A stretch of 64,000 bases of DNA from Candidatus Cloacimonadales bacterium (GTDB taxonomy: Bacteria > Cloacimonadota > Cloacimonadia > Cloacimonadales > JAFGVF01), in contig CAXXJV010000001.1 of the NCBI GenBank assembly GCA_963663475.2, positions 2,831,422-2,895,421 of the forward strand. The letters are read 5' to 3'. The notes under the pieces were generated by a model. The model did no database searches. It was not told the origin of the DNA and saw only the letters and a program-made list of their open reading frames with translations. The stretch's first letter is position 1; each line of letters begins with the position of its first letter. Below are positions 28,030 to 38,533 of the stretch, piece by piece. A program made the translations under genes and the position numbers.

Positions 28030-29838
28030 TTATTTGATGTTATCTAGGTCATCTTTTAGTTTTGAAATTAGTTGATCATCTTCAATATCTGCATGCCATT
28101 CTTCATAATCATCGATAATCTTTCTACCTCTTCTATGGTCTTTAAGTTTTGAATTAATGACCATAATTATAACTTCTTTACTTACTTTCAGATAAGAATA
28201 TGTGAGATTCTTATCATTTATGTCAAGTTTTAAAGTTGCAATAATCTCTTGGGTAAGTTGAGATTTTCCAGTCTCATATACTTCTTTTAAACAATAATAT
28301 CTCAAAAATAGCTCATAGGTTTTCAGAGCTTTTCGACGATTAGTTTCTGTCATGAAGTTTTTACCTAATTGAGGAATATCTTTATCAGTGTAAATATCTT
28401 TAACTTTAACATTTTCAAGTAGTAAGTAAGCTTGCAGAATCATCTGTATTATCTGAGGTCTAAAGATTCTAAAGTCTGCCTTTAATCTTTTGGCCCTGTT
28501 ACGCTTCAAATACTTATCTTGATTTCTAAAAACTGCATAAGAGTTATCACTCAAGACCCAAGCAGGAATTATTTCATTATAAGCAGGAGAAATTCCCTTA
28601 GGCTGGCTAAAGGGCTGACTTATTAGCGAGAAGGGAAATTCAACTTTTTGGGGAAGGGTAGTTACCCCAGTAGCAATTATGGAATAGGCAGCCTTCCTAT
28701 AATCAGCAGGGAACTTGATATTGCAGCCAAGTCCATAAAAGAGTCCTTCACCAGCAAAGAGTTCTTGGTCAGGAAGCTTGGAAGTGTGATTTGAACCAAC
28801 ATTAGCCCCATAGCCAACATTTCCTCTACCTTCAAACCAGAGACTAGCAATCAGCATGGATTGATGATGGAAGCCAATAAATGGTCCTAAGATAGAAGCA
28901 GTTACTTCACCTTCTCCAATAATTGTGTTTGGTCCGATAATACTATTTTGCACCTTACCATGTCTTTCAACGCCTGAGTATTCACAAAGAAGAGCATTTT
29001 GAATCAAAGCCATTGATTGGATTTCAACCCCCCATTGACAGAGAGCATTTTCTAAAATAGCACCGTCTTTGATGTGAGTTACTTCATCACTTTCAGAAAG
29101 GATTGTTGATTCGCTGATTTTGCTAGTATTATCTATATGAGCACTGTAGCCTATGTAGCTATTAATAATTTTCCGATTATTGATTAACTTTGCTTTTGCT
29201 GAGATAATGCCGAAAGAAGAAGTAACTGATTTAGCATAATCAGAGACCAATTCTAAGTACTTAGTATAAATACCATCCTCACGATTACCTGTAATCAGTT
29301 CACTAATATAATTAATATCTTGTTCAGCATAGAGAGGAATATCTCTCCCTCCAATTTCAGAACCTAGGGAAATAATTTTCCCATTACCAAAGTTTGAGTT
29401 TTTTTCAGAGTAAATGTAGTCATTACCCACTGCAATCACATCTTCACTTATGTAGTACCTATGAATTAGTTTATTATCTTTGATTAAGCAATTAGAATCA
29501 ACAAAGACATCATCTAAGTTTGAATTGTAGATACCATTAGGATGAAAATAATTATCAAAGATCCTTACCTTTTTACCTGAATAATTACCTAGGAAGATTC
29601 TACCTGAGAAGTTATTATTCTTAATGAAGTCTGGAGTAAAGACTGGTTCTACAAAGACGTTTGACCAGTCTTGACAAGAGTTTCCTTGACTTTCTAATTT
29701 GGCAATCTCACTTTTTGAGATAGGTCTAACTATCTTAGCTAACTCATTTGTAGATAAGTTATTCTCTGCTAATTCTTCTACAATATTTGGTAGGTAAAAT
29801 TTATCTCTGAAATTTGCTATTAATTTGTTTAAATCCAT
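28030..29838 (-). CDS. DUF4954-like protein (beta-helix repeats)
   Basis: R.....EI..LE.QGN.C.DW start, hexapeptide-like repeats, GYGANVGSNHT. Confidence 0.75.
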   Translation of the reverse strand: MDLNKLIANFRDKFYLPNIVEELAENNLSTNELAKIVRPISKSEIAKLESQGNSCQDWSNVFVEPVFTPDFIKNNNFSGRIFLGNYSGKKVRIFDNYFHPNGIYNSNLDDVFVDSNCLIKDNKLIHRYYISEDVIAVGNDYIYSEKNSNFGNGKIISLGSEIGGRDIPLYAEQDINYISELITGNREDGIYTKYLELVSDYAKSVTSSFGIISAKAKLINNRKIINSYIGYSAHIDNTSKISESTILSESDEVTHIKDGAILENALCQWGVEIQSMALIQNALLCEYSGVERHGKVQNSIIGPNTIIGEGEVTASILGPFIGFHHQSMLIASLWFEGRGNVGYGANVGSNHTSKLPDQELFAGEGLFYGLGCNIKFPADYRKAAYSIIATGVTTLPQKVEFPFSLISQPFSQPKGISPAYNEIIPAWVLSDNSYAVFRNQDKYLKRNRAKRLKADFRIFRPQIIQMILQAYLLLENVKVKDIYTDKDIPQLGKNFMTETNRRKALKTYELFLRYYCLKEVYETGKSQLTQEIIATLKLDINDKNLTYSYLKVSKEVIIMVINSKLKDHRRGRKIIDDYEEWHADIEDDQLISKLKDDLDNIK

Positions 29839-29850
29839 TCTTTTTCCTGT

Positions 29851-31188
29851 TTAACCTAATATTTTATCTATCTCTTGTCTTTGTTTATCATAACCTTTTT
29901 TACCCATCAAAGCATAAGTAGCTATCTTCCCTTCTTCAACACCTGGCTGGTCTAAAGGATTAATCTCTAGGAGGGCTCCAGTAAATACTGTCATAATTTC
30001 ATAAAGCATAATAAACTCACCTAAATTCTTCTCATTAATTTTAGGGAAGATGATATTACAGTTTGGTCTATCAGACTTTGCAAGAGCTATTTCAGTGGCT
30101 AATCTTTCAGTATTAAGGAGTTTGGAAAGAGTTTGACCTCCTAAATAGTTGACCTCATCTCTTTCAGGATAGATTTTAGGGATATTATAATCATGCTTGA
30201 AAGAATCAACTGTTAGGAAAGTGGTAACTTTATCATTAGGTCCTTCACGATATAACTGGACTTGAGAATGTTGATCTGTTGTGCCTAAAGCTTTGACTGG
30301 AGTTTGGCCTACATAGACCTCTTCTTGATTTAGGTTATACTTCTTTCCAAGAGATTCAGCCCAAAGCTGACGATACCAGTCTGCCATGTCATACAGAGCA
30401 TTTGCATAAGGCATCATGACAGAAATATTCTTACCCTCTGTCATGTATAGGTAATGAGCTAAGCCCATTAAATAAGCTGGATTCTTGTTAATATCAGGAC
30501 TAGCACACAGATCTCTCATGAGACCTGCCCCTTTCAAGAGTTCATCAATGTCAATTCCAAGGAAAGCAGAACTTACAAGTCCCACATCTGTTAACACTGA
30601 GAATCTACCACCTACATTATCTGGAACCTCAAAATCAAAGTAACCTTCTTGGCGGATAACCTGTCTTAAAAATCCCTTTTCTTTATCAGTTGTGATAACA
30701 ATATGTTTTTTATAATCATTAGGGAAAGCTTCTTTGAGGATTTGCAGAATAATTAGAAAAACAGACATTGTTTCGGCAGTTGTACCTGATTTAGTAACAA
30801 CATTGAATAAGGTTCTTTTGAGTTCAATTTGGGATAAAATATCATAAACTAAAGTAGGATCGACATTGTCAGCAACATAGAGTTTTTTGTTAAGGCTTTT
30901 CTCCACTTTGAGGGCAGAATAAAGAGCTTTATTGCCTAGAGCTGAACCACCTATTCCGAGTACAACTATATTATCAAAATCATTACTTACCTGTTTTATA
31001 TAATTATTTATTCTTTCTGTATCTTTTTCAGGCAATTCATAAAAACCAAGAATATTATCTTTTCTTTGATTTAAGATCATTTGATGAGCTTTATCAATTT
31101 TATCTTGATAAATAGTTAAATCACTGTTTAAACCTGTTTTGATTAAATCATTCTTAAATAAATTAGTAAAATTAAAGCTTAAACTCAT
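29851..31188 (-). CDS. pgi: Glucose-6-phosphate isomerase
   Basis: GIGGSALG, KSGTTAET, VGGRFSV, QLWAESLGK, DQHS, DQPGVEEGK. Confidence 0.96.
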   Translation of the reverse strand: MSLSFNFTNLFKNDLIKTGLNSDLTIYQDKIDKAHQMILNQRKDNILGFYELPEKDTERINNYIKQVSNDFDNIVVLGIGGSALGNKALYSALKVEKSLNKKLYVADNVDPTLVYDILSQIELKRTLFNVVTKSGTTAETMSVFLIILQILKEAFPNDYKKHIVITTDKEKGFLRQVIRQEGYFDFEVPDNVGGRFSVLTDVGLVSSAFLGIDIDELLKGAGLMRDLCASPDINKNPAYLMGLAHYLYMTEGKNISVMMPYANALYDMADWYRQLWAESLGKKYNLNQEEVYVGQTPVKALGTTDQHSQVQLYREGPNDKVTTFLTVDSFKHDYNIPKIYPERDEVNYLGGQTLSKLLNTERLATEIALAKSDRPNCNIIFPKINEKNLGEFIMLYEIMTVFTGALLEINPLDQPGVEEGKIATYALMGKKGYDKQRQEIDKILG

Positions 31189-32894
31189 GGTGTTACCTTC
31201 CTTATCATTTTTTCAATTGTTTCAATGTTTGTAGATAATTCAAAGTTTTTCAACTCCAAAATATCTTCTTCTTTTAAATCCAAAATCCTCTTCTTAACAT
31301 CTAGAAAAGCTGAAGGAGCAATACTGAAAGTAGTTATTCCTAAAGCAATCAAAAGTGGGATATATTTGGGTACTGATGCCATTGCCCCACAGACTGATAT
31401 AGGTATGTTGTACTTATGGGCAGACTGGGCTGTCTGTCTGATAAGCTGTAAGACAGCTGGGTGATGAGGAACATAATAATCTGATAAAAGCTCATTAGTT
31501 CTATCAACTGAAAGAGTGTATTGAATGAGATCATTAGTGCCTATACTGAAGAAATCAACTTCTTTAGCTAAATCTTCACTACATATTGCAGCAGAAGGAA
31601 TTTCAATCATGACTCCAATTTCAATGTTTTCATCGATTTCATAACCCTTATTGATAAGATTACTCATGATCTTTTTCACAAATGTTTTAGCTTTGAGAAA
31701 ATCTGTTACACCCATTACCATAGGGAACATAATTTTTATCTTACCATATATACTTGCTCGCAGAATTGCATTAATTTGAGTCCGGAAAATATTAGGATGA
31801 CTTAAGGAAAATCTCAGTCCTCTATTGCCTAAAAATGGATTCTCTTCCTTAGCAGAAGTAACAATATTGGAAAATTTATCACCGCCTAAGTCAAAAGTTC
31901 TTATTATTAAAGGCTTATTACCCATCTTTTCAGCCATTTCTTTATAGATGTGATACTGTTCTTCTTCAGAAGGGAGAGTATCTTTATCCATGAAGAGAAA
32001 TTCTGTTCTAAATAGACCTATTCCATCTGGTGCTAGGGTAGTAGTATGATTAATTTCTTCTGGAACTTCAATATTGATCTGGAGATTTATTCTATTTCCC
32101 AAGATTTTATTGGGCGTAACTTCGATTAAGGAAAGCAATTCCTCTTTGTGCTTATTTAAATTCTGTAATTTATCTCTATATTGATTAAGAATATCTGGTT
32201 TAGGATTAATAATAATTTTCCCTTGGTTACCATCGATAATAATTAAATCGTTATTTTCAATTTGAGAAAAAAGATTAGGTATCCCAACTACGCATGTTAA
32301 GTCGAATGATCTAGCAATAATAGCATTATGAGAAGTTTCTGAACCTTTTTCTAAATAGAATCCTTTGACTCCTTCACGGGCTAGATGAATGATTTGACTG
32401 GGAGTTGTTGTATAGAATAAGGGAATATCATCACGATTGAACCTGTTCTGCTTAAAACCTTTCCTACCTATCAGAATATTGAGAATTCTATGGCTAACAT
32501 CAGTATAATCAATAGCTTTTTGGGCAAAGAAATCATTATCTAAGCTTTCAAAATAAGCTGATACTTTATTAAAGTGTTGATGAATTGCCTGCTCAAGTCC
32601 GATTAAATTGTCTTTCATCAGATTAACAACCTCATCTTTCATCTCAGGATCCTGTAAAATCATCTTATGCGAATCAAATATCTCCTGGTTCTCCTGATTT
32701 ACCGAATATTCATCAATCAAATTATCAGTATCTTTAATTACTTCTTGTAAGACTTTTTCAAATTTATTAATTTCTTGCTTTAAATCTTCTTCTTTAATAT
32801 CTCTTTTTTTAATTTCTAGTCTTTTTTGTTTAATTATTTTAGCTTTACCTATAGCAATTCCAGGAGCAACTCCAATCCCATTTAATGTTATCAT
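31185..32894 (-). CDS. ptsI: PTS enzyme I
   Basis: TSHNAIIARS (phospho-His), GIGLFRTEF, IRTFDLGGDK, ENPFLG.RG, FSIGTNDL. Confidence 0.95.
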   Translation of the reverse strand: MITLNGIGVAPGIAIGKAKIIKQKRLEIKKRDIKEEDLKQEINKFEKVLQEVIKDTDNLIDEYSVNQENQEIFDSHKMILQDPEMKDEVVNLMKDNLIGLEQAIHQHFNKVSAYFESLDNDFFAQKAIDYTDVSHRILNILIGRKGFKQNRFNRDDIPLFYTTTPSQIIHLAREGVKGFYLEKGSETSHNAIIARSFDLTCVVGIPNLFSQIENNDLIIIDGNQGKIIINPKPDILNQYRDKLQNLNKHKEELLSLIEVTPNKILGNRINLQINIEVPEEINHTTTLAPDGIGLFRTEFLFMDKDTLPSEEEQYHIYKEMAEKMGNKPLIIRTFDLGGDKFSNIVTSAKEENPFLGNRGLRFSLSHPNIFRTQINAILRASIYGKIKIMFPMVMGVTDFLKAKTFVKKIMSNLINKGYEIDENIEIGVMIEIPSAAICSEDLAKEVDFFSIGTNDLIQYTLSVDRTNELLSDYYVPHHPAVLQLIRQTAQSAHKYNIPISVCGAMASVPKYIPLLIALGITTFSIAPSAFLDVKKRILDLKEEDILELKNFELSTNIETIEKMIRKVTP

Positions 32895-33160
32895 TCCGCC
32901 TCACCAAACCGTTCATTAAATAGTTGTTCAATTTCTCTTAATAAGTATTCCTCATCTGGACCATCGATCTTTAGGTTCAGCTCTGCCCCACATTCAGCAG
33001 CTAACATCATTACCCCCATGATACTTTTACCATTAACCTTCATACCTTCCTTTTCAATATGGAAGTCTGAACGGTATTTAGTAGCTACCTTAACCAACAT
33101 TGCTGATGGACGAGCATGTAAGCCCAACCTGTTCTCTACTTGTATTGTTTTTTCTATCAT
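32891..33160 (-). CDS. ptsH: HPr phosphocarrier
   Basis: GLHARP (His15), NGKSIMGVM (Ser46). Confidence 0.96.
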   Translation of the reverse strand: MIEKTIQVENRLGLHARPSAMLVKVATKYRSDFHIEKEGMKVNGKSIMGVMMLAAECGAELNLKIDGPDEEYLLREIEQLFNERFGEAE

Positions 33161-33185
33161 CTTGAAATCCTTTTCTCAGCTGAAA

Positions 33186-34148
33186 TTATTTTTGGCTTAT
33201 ATTGATTTTACGTAATAATGATTTTCTTTTAATTTCTTCTTGAATTTTACTAGTATAGTCTTCTGCTGCATCATAACCATAATTTTTAAGTATGAAGTTC
33301 ATAGCTGCAACTTCAACTATTACAGATACATTTTTACCTGGAGAAACAGGAAGATAAATTATTGGAATATTAACACCTAAATGTTCTACAAAATTATTTA
33401 TTAAACCTATTCTTTCATAATCCATATTTTCTCGCCATGGCATTAGCTCTATCTGCATATCAATCTTAAGGTTCTGTCTAACTCTCTGTATCCCAAACAT
33501 TCTTTCAACATTTACCAGTCCAACTCCCCTTATCTCCATGAAATGACCAAAATCTTTTGCTGGATAACCCCAAAGATCATCATCTATTACAGTAATTTTT
33601 ACAGTATCATCGGAAACTAAACTGTGACCTCTGTGGACTAAATCTAAGGCACACTCACTCTTACCAATACCGCTCTTACCTGTTAGCATTATACCTATTC
33701 CATAAACTTCAATTAAAGTTGCATGAATAGTCATCTCAGGAGCGAATAATTTATCCAGATACTTGGATAAAGCATGATAAAAATTGATTGTTGACAGACG
33801 AGTTGAGAAGACTGTTATATTCATTTCATTAGCTAAATATTCCACAATGTAAGGTAGGGTTAAGCCTTTAGTAACAATTAAGCAAGGGATTCTATATGTA
33901 AACATATTCTTTACCCTGTCATATATTTCATCTTCTGAGAGAGATTGTAGGTATCTAATCTCAGTTTCTCCAAGCACTTGAATCCTATCTGCAGAGAACC
34001 TGTTGAGAAATCCAGCTAAAGCAAGACCAGGTCTGTTTATGTGAGGTGAAGTTATACTATTATTTAGGGATTTTTCATCAGTAATCAGACTTAAAGCAAA
34101 TCTGTTTTTATTGAGTTCAAAAAAATCTTTTAATGTTATCTCTTTCAT
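33186..34148 (-). CDS. hprK: HPr kinase/phosphorylase
   Basis: RPGLALAG, GKSGIGKSECAL, LVSDD, MEIRGVG. Confidence 0.96.
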   Translation of the reverse strand: MKEITLKDFFELNKNRFALSLITDEKSLNNSITSPHINRPGLALAGFLNRFSADRIQVLGETEIRYLQSLSEDEIYDRVKNMFTYRIPCLIVTKGLTLPYIVEYLANEMNITVFSTRLSTINFYHALSKYLDKLFAPEMTIHATLIEVYGIGIMLTGKSGIGKSECALDLVHRGHSLVSDDTVKITVIDDDLWGYPAKDFGHFMEIRGVGLVNVERMFGIQRVRQNLKIDMQIELMPWRENMDYERIGLINNFVEHLGVNIPIIYLPVSPGKNVSVIVEVAAMNFILKNYGYDAAEDYTSKIQEEIKRKSLLRKINISQK

Positions 34149-34169
34149 TAGCCTAGTTCCGTTGTTAAT

Positions 34170-34205
34170 GAGGGTGTACTAATTTAAAAAGAAAAGTACA
34201 CCCTC
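34170..34205. terminator. Stem-loop between hpf and hprK
   Basis: GAGGGTGTACT...AGTACACCCTC 11-bp stem. Confidence 0.6.
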
Positions 34206-34217
34206 TTAAGTTAAAGA

Positions 34218-34757
34218 TTATGGTTGTAAAAGTTTAAAATGAGTATCATCTTTTTTAACTAAAACATTGATTCTATCAGTCTCAACATTTTTAAAGATAT
34301 AATACTCTTTCTTTTGGGCTTCAAATTCTTGTAACGCTTCATCAACTGTAAGAGTATCAGGAACAACTCTCTTAGTTTTCACTAATTTATGATTCTCTTC
34401 AGCCTCGCCTTTTTTATAAAGAGCTGCGCGAGAGAAGTATGGATCAAAGTTATCTTTCAATCCTTTTTTGTGATGATCAGTTACTTTATCTTTAAGTTTC
34501 TTGATTTGGGCTTCCATCTTTTCAATTGTGTCATCAATAGCAATATACATGTCCATAGCTTCGCTATTACTTTGCAATGTAAACTTAGAAGCATGCAAAA
34601 CAATTTCGCATTGGTTCCTACTAGACTCTACCGCAAGGGTAACATGAATGGTGATAATATGATCAAAATATCTTTTAAGTTTGATCAAACTTTCTTCAAC
34701 ATAGTCTCTGATTGCATTAGTTAATTCGAAATGGCGAGCAGTTATTGTAATATGCAT
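34218..34757 (-). CDS. hpf: Ribosome hibernation factor (long HPF/RaiA)
   Basis: ITITARHFELTNAIRDYVEE, DMYIAID, C-terminal L.VDEA...F.N.ET..INV. Confidence 0.93.
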   Translation of the reverse strand: MHITITARHFELTNAIRDYVEESLIKLKRYFDHIITIHVTLAVESSRNQCEIVLHASKFTLQSNSEAMDMYIAIDDTIEKMEAQIKKLKDKVTDHHKKGLKDNFDPYFSRAALYKKGEAEENHKLVKTKRVVPDTLTVDEALQEFEAQKKEYYIFKNVETDRINVLVKKDDTHFKLLQP

Positions 34758-34765
34758 AAAGCCTC

Positions 34766-35641
34766 CTACTTTGTTATATATTGTTGTATTCTTTCAGCAT
34801 GGTAAGAGCTTCTTACTAAAGGACCAGATTCAACAAAAATGAATCCCAGCTCTTCTCCATATTTTCTATAATTTTCAAAAATATCTGGGTGAACATATTC
34901 TTTAACAGGTATATGGTCTCGACTTGGTTGGAGATACTGTCCGATAGTTACAACTTGGACATTATGGTCATATAGGTCATGGAGAAGTTGTTTTACCTCT
35001 TCTTGTGTCTCACCTAAGCCTACCATAAAACCACTTTTAGTAATTATCTCAGGATTAATTTCTTTAACCTTTTTGAGTAGTTCCAGAGACCTATGATAGT
35101 TAGCCATGGGTCTAACCTCTGGATATAACCTTTGAATTGTTTCAACATTATGGTTCAAGACAGTTGGTTTAGCTTCAATAATAGTTTGAAGAGCTGGCCA
35201 ATTGCCTTCTAAATCAGATATAAGTGTTTCAGTTGTCACTTGAGGAGAGCATATATCATGGATAGCATTAAGAACTTTAACAAATTGTGATGCTCCTCCA
35301 TCAGGTAAATCGTCTCTAGTCACTGTAGTAACAACTATATGTTTTAGTTTCATTTCTTTAGATAACTCTGCAATGTGGATTGGTTCTAAAGGATCAGGAG
35401 CAAGCAATGAGCTTGTTTTATCAACTGCACAGAATCGGCAGTTTCTAGTACATACTTCACCTAAAATCATAAAAGTAGCAGTACCTCTATTAAAGCATTC
35501 ACCTTGATTTGGGCATCTAGCAGAATTGCATACTGTATGTAGATTGAATTTTGACAAGTATTGTCTTACTATGTTTGCTTGTTCATTGCCTAATCTATTA
35601 GCTTTCAACCACTCAGGCTTTCTAAGTTTATTCATCGACAT
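34766..35641 (-). CDS. lipA: Lipoyl synthase
   Basis: TVCNSARCPNQGEC, CTRNCRFC, NHNVET, VRSSYHA. Confidence 0.96.
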   Translation of the reverse strand: MSMNKLRKPEWLKANRLGNEQANIVRQYLSKFNLHTVCNSARCPNQGECFNRGTATFMILGEVCTRNCRFCAVDKTSSLLAPDPLEPIHIAELSKEMKLKHIVVTTVTRDDLPDGGASQFVKVLNAIHDICSPQVTTETLISDLEGNWPALQTIIEAKPTVLNHNVETIQRLYPEVRPMANYHRSLELLKKVKEINPEIITKSGFMVGLGETQEEVKQLLHDLYDHNVQVVTIGQYLQPSRDHIPVKEYVHPDIFENYRKYGEELGFIFVESGPLVRSSYHAERIQQYITK

Positions 35642-35672
35642 TACCAACCTCTAATTTATATTTATATTATAA

Positions 35673-37070
35673 TCAAATTTTATGAACTGACAAAGAAATT
35701 GTGTCTTCAATTGATTCCATAACAATTTCTGATAAAGTAGGATGGGCAAAGACTATTTTCTCAAGATCATGAACGCTAGCATCTTTACCTATCAAAATGC
35801 CAGCTTGAGCAATCAATTCTGATGCCTGTAAGCCAACAATATGCATACCAAGAATTTTTTTAGTTTTGGCATCAGCAATAGTTTTAGCAAAGCCAAAGGT
35901 ATTACCCATTCCCATTGCTTTTCCACTAGCAGTATAAGGGAACTTACCTACAAGAATATCACCATAGCTTTCTTTAGCTTCTTCCTCAGTAAGGCCAACA
36001 GAAGCTACCTCTGGGTTTGTGAAAGTACAACGAGGTACATTTACGTAATTTATAGCCTGGATATCATGGGGATTATCTTCTAATTCACTCTTGATTAGTT
36101 CTGCAACCAAAAGTCCTTGTTTTGATGCAGTATGAGCAAGAAGTTGTTTACCATTAAGGTCACCAATAGCATAGAGGTTATCTACCCCAGTTCTCATATA
36201 TTCATCCACGACAATAGATCCCTTATTTCTTTCAAGCTGGATATTAGTAAAATCGATATCACAGGCAGGTGATCTACCAATACTAACTAATACTTTTTCA
36301 GCTTCCAGTGTTTTATCATCAGAAAGAATCAATTTAATACCATTATCAGTTTCTTCATAATCCTTAACGCCCTTCTTAAGAATAAGTTTCATTTTATTTC
36401 TTTTGAAAGCCATAGCCACTCTTTTTGATATTTCTTCATCTTCCCCAGCTAATAATCTAGGAAGAAATTCAACGATAGTAACTTGTGTACCAAGTTGCTG
36501 GAAGATAGAGGCGAATTCGCATCCAATTACTCCACCTCCGACAACAGCAAGAGATTTAGGTAATTCTTCTAGTTGTAGGATATCTTTTGAGCTAAGAATT
36601 TTTTTATGGTCAAACTTCATGAAAGGGAGTTCAGTAGGTTTAGAACCAGTTGCTAAGATAACAAAGTCAGCACTCACCTCTTCTTCTTGGCTAGTAATGT
36701 AGAATTTATCATCTGATTTAGAAATTTTAGTTACTAGAGAATTAATAAGAGGTAGTTTTTGTTTCTTGAACATAAATTCAATTCCGCTCACTAGTTTTTC
36801 TACTACTTCATCTTTTCTTTTGTATATTTGAGAAAAGTCAATTTCTGGATTCTCTAAGTTAATACCAAATTCTTTTGCTTCCTTTATTTCGCTAAAGAGT
36901 TCAGCAGTTTTAACTAGTGTTTTAGTAGGAATACAGCCCCAGTTAAGACACACACCCCCAAGTCTTTCTTTTTCAAAAACAATGGTTTCTATATTATATT
37001 GATTTAATCTTAAGGCAGTTACATAGCCTCCTGGGCCACCACCAATAATAGCTACTTTAAAGTGTTTCAT
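35673..37070 (-). CDS. lpdA: Dihydrolipoyl dehydrogenase
   Basis: GGGPGGY, GGVCLNWGCIPTK, HPTLSE. Confidence 0.96.
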   Translation of the reverse strand: MKHFKVAIIGGGPGGYVTALRLNQYNIETIVFEKERLGGVCLNWGCIPTKTLVKTAELFSEIKEAKEFGINLENPEIDFSQIYKRKDEVVEKLVSGIEFMFKKQKLPLINSLVTKISKSDDKFYITSQEEEVSADFVILATGSKPTELPFMKFDHKKILSSKDILQLEELPKSLAVVGGGVIGCEFASIFQQLGTQVTIVEFLPRLLAGEDEEISKRVAMAFKRNKMKLILKKGVKDYEETDNGIKLILSDDKTLEAEKVLVSIGRSPACDIDFTNIQLERNKGSIVVDEYMRTGVDNLYAIGDLNGKQLLAHTASKQGLLVAELIKSELEDNPHDIQAINYVNVPRCTFTNPEVASVGLTEEEAKESYGDILVGKFPYTASGKAMGMGNTFGFAKTIADAKTKKILGMHIVGLQASELIAQAGILIGKDASVHDLEKIVFAHPTLSEIVMESIEDTISLSVHKI

Positions 37071-38530
37071 TAGTTTCTCCTCAATCTACTATTTAAAATA
37101 TTTAATTCATCACGATATTTAGCAACAATTCTTCTTGAGACATTTAATCCATCATTTTTAAGCATTTTTACAATATCTTGGTCAGTTAATGGTTTCTTTT
37201 TATCTTCAGCATCAACGTATTTTTGAATGAATGTTTTAACTTTCTGTCTGGAAATAGATTCAAAATTATTGTCAAGTCCAGCTGTTGAAGTGAAGAATTT
37301 TTTAAGAGGGTAAATACCGAAAGGAGTATCTGCGTATTTGTCCTTTACGACTCTAGAAATTGTTGATTCACTAACTCCGATATCTTCAGCTATCGAAGAA
37401 TAGTTAAGCGGCAATAGAACTCCTGATTGGTTATAGAAGAAGTCATATTGATGTTTGATAATGGATGTCATAACTCTTTCTAAAGTTCTAACCCTCATAT
37501 ACATTGATTTAATTAAAAACTTAGCTGAATTTATCTTATCTCTCACATAGTGGACAGTTTCTTTATCTACACTTGCCGAGTTGATTAGTTTCCTGTACCT
37601 GGAATTTATTACTAGGTTAGGTGAATAAGAGTCATTAACTATAACTTGAAATTCATCGCCAATTTCTCTGACAATTACATCAGGTGTTATATATTTATCA
37701 TTACTTACAACTAATCTAAGGCCTGGTTTAGGGTCAAGTTTAGAGATTTGATCTCTTAAGAAAGTAATATATTCTAGGGATACTTGATATTTAGCAGCTA
37801 GTTTTTGATAGCGTCTATGAATTAGGTCTTCGAAATCTTCTTGTAAGATAGCAATTAATATTTTATTACTTTTCTGATCTTCATCTAGTTGGGAAATGAG
37901 GCATTGAGCCATGTTACAGGCAGTTAATCCTTTAGGGTCTAATGACATTATAATTTGATGAATTTCTTCAGCTCTAGTGAGTGGGATATCATATATCTCA
38001 GCTACTTCTTTGATAAAATCACTATCTCTAATAAAGCCATATTGGTCAACAGAATCTATCAAATATGTTGCAAAATCATATTCATCTTCAGTCATAGGGA
38101 AAGAATAAAGTTGCAAGAGATAGTCAGCCATTTTATCTTCTGGAGCCTTAAGATATTTTTCATATAAAGGTCCTTCATCATCATCTTTATTGTATGAATA
38201 GTCCTTATTATGATTAGTCATTTGATGAAATTCATTCCAAGAATCAAGAATCTCTGTCAATTCCTGAGCTTCTTCTAAGGTTTTAGAAACCTCATCATTT
38301 TCTTCACCAATTTCCTTTTCTTCACTAACTTCTTCATCTCTGATAATATCATCATCACTGTTTGAGTCATCGATATCTCTCATTTCAAGTAAGGGATTTT
38401 TCATTATTTCTTGTTTGAGATGAAGCTCTAGTTCCATCAATGGCAATGTTAGCATCTGCAAAGATTGTAGCATCTTTGGTTTAAGCGCTAACTCTTGTTT
38501 CTGTTTTATCGTTAAAATTTGGTCTAACAT
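37070..38530 (-). CDS. rpoN: RNA polymerase sigma-54 factor
   Basis: Q-rich N-terminus, NPLLE, ESTISRV, RpoN box SRRIVAKYR. Confidence 0.96.
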   Translation of the reverse strand: MLDQILTIKQKQELALKPKMLQSLQMLTLPLMELELHLKQEIMKNPLLEMRDIDDSNSDDDIIRDEEVSEEKEIGEENDEVSKTLEEAQELTEILDSWNEFHQMTNHNKDYSYNKDDDEGPLYEKYLKAPEDKMADYLLQLYSFPMTEDEYDFATYLIDSVDQYGFIRDSDFIKEVAEIYDIPLTRAEEIHQIIMSLDPKGLTACNMAQCLISQLDEDQKSNKILIAILQEDFEDLIHRRYQKLAAKYQVSLEYITFLRDQISKLDPKPGLRLVVSNDKYITPDVIVREIGDEFQVIVNDSYSPNLVINSRYRKLINSASVDKETVHYVRDKINSAKFLIKSMYMRVRTLERVMTSIIKHQYDFFYNQSGVLLPLNYSSIAEDIGVSESTISRVVKDKYADTPFGIYPLKKFFTSTAGLDNNFESISRQKVKTFIQKYVDAEDKKKPLTDQDIVKMLKNDGLNVSRRIVAKYRDELNILNSRLRRN

Positions 38531-38533
38531 TAT

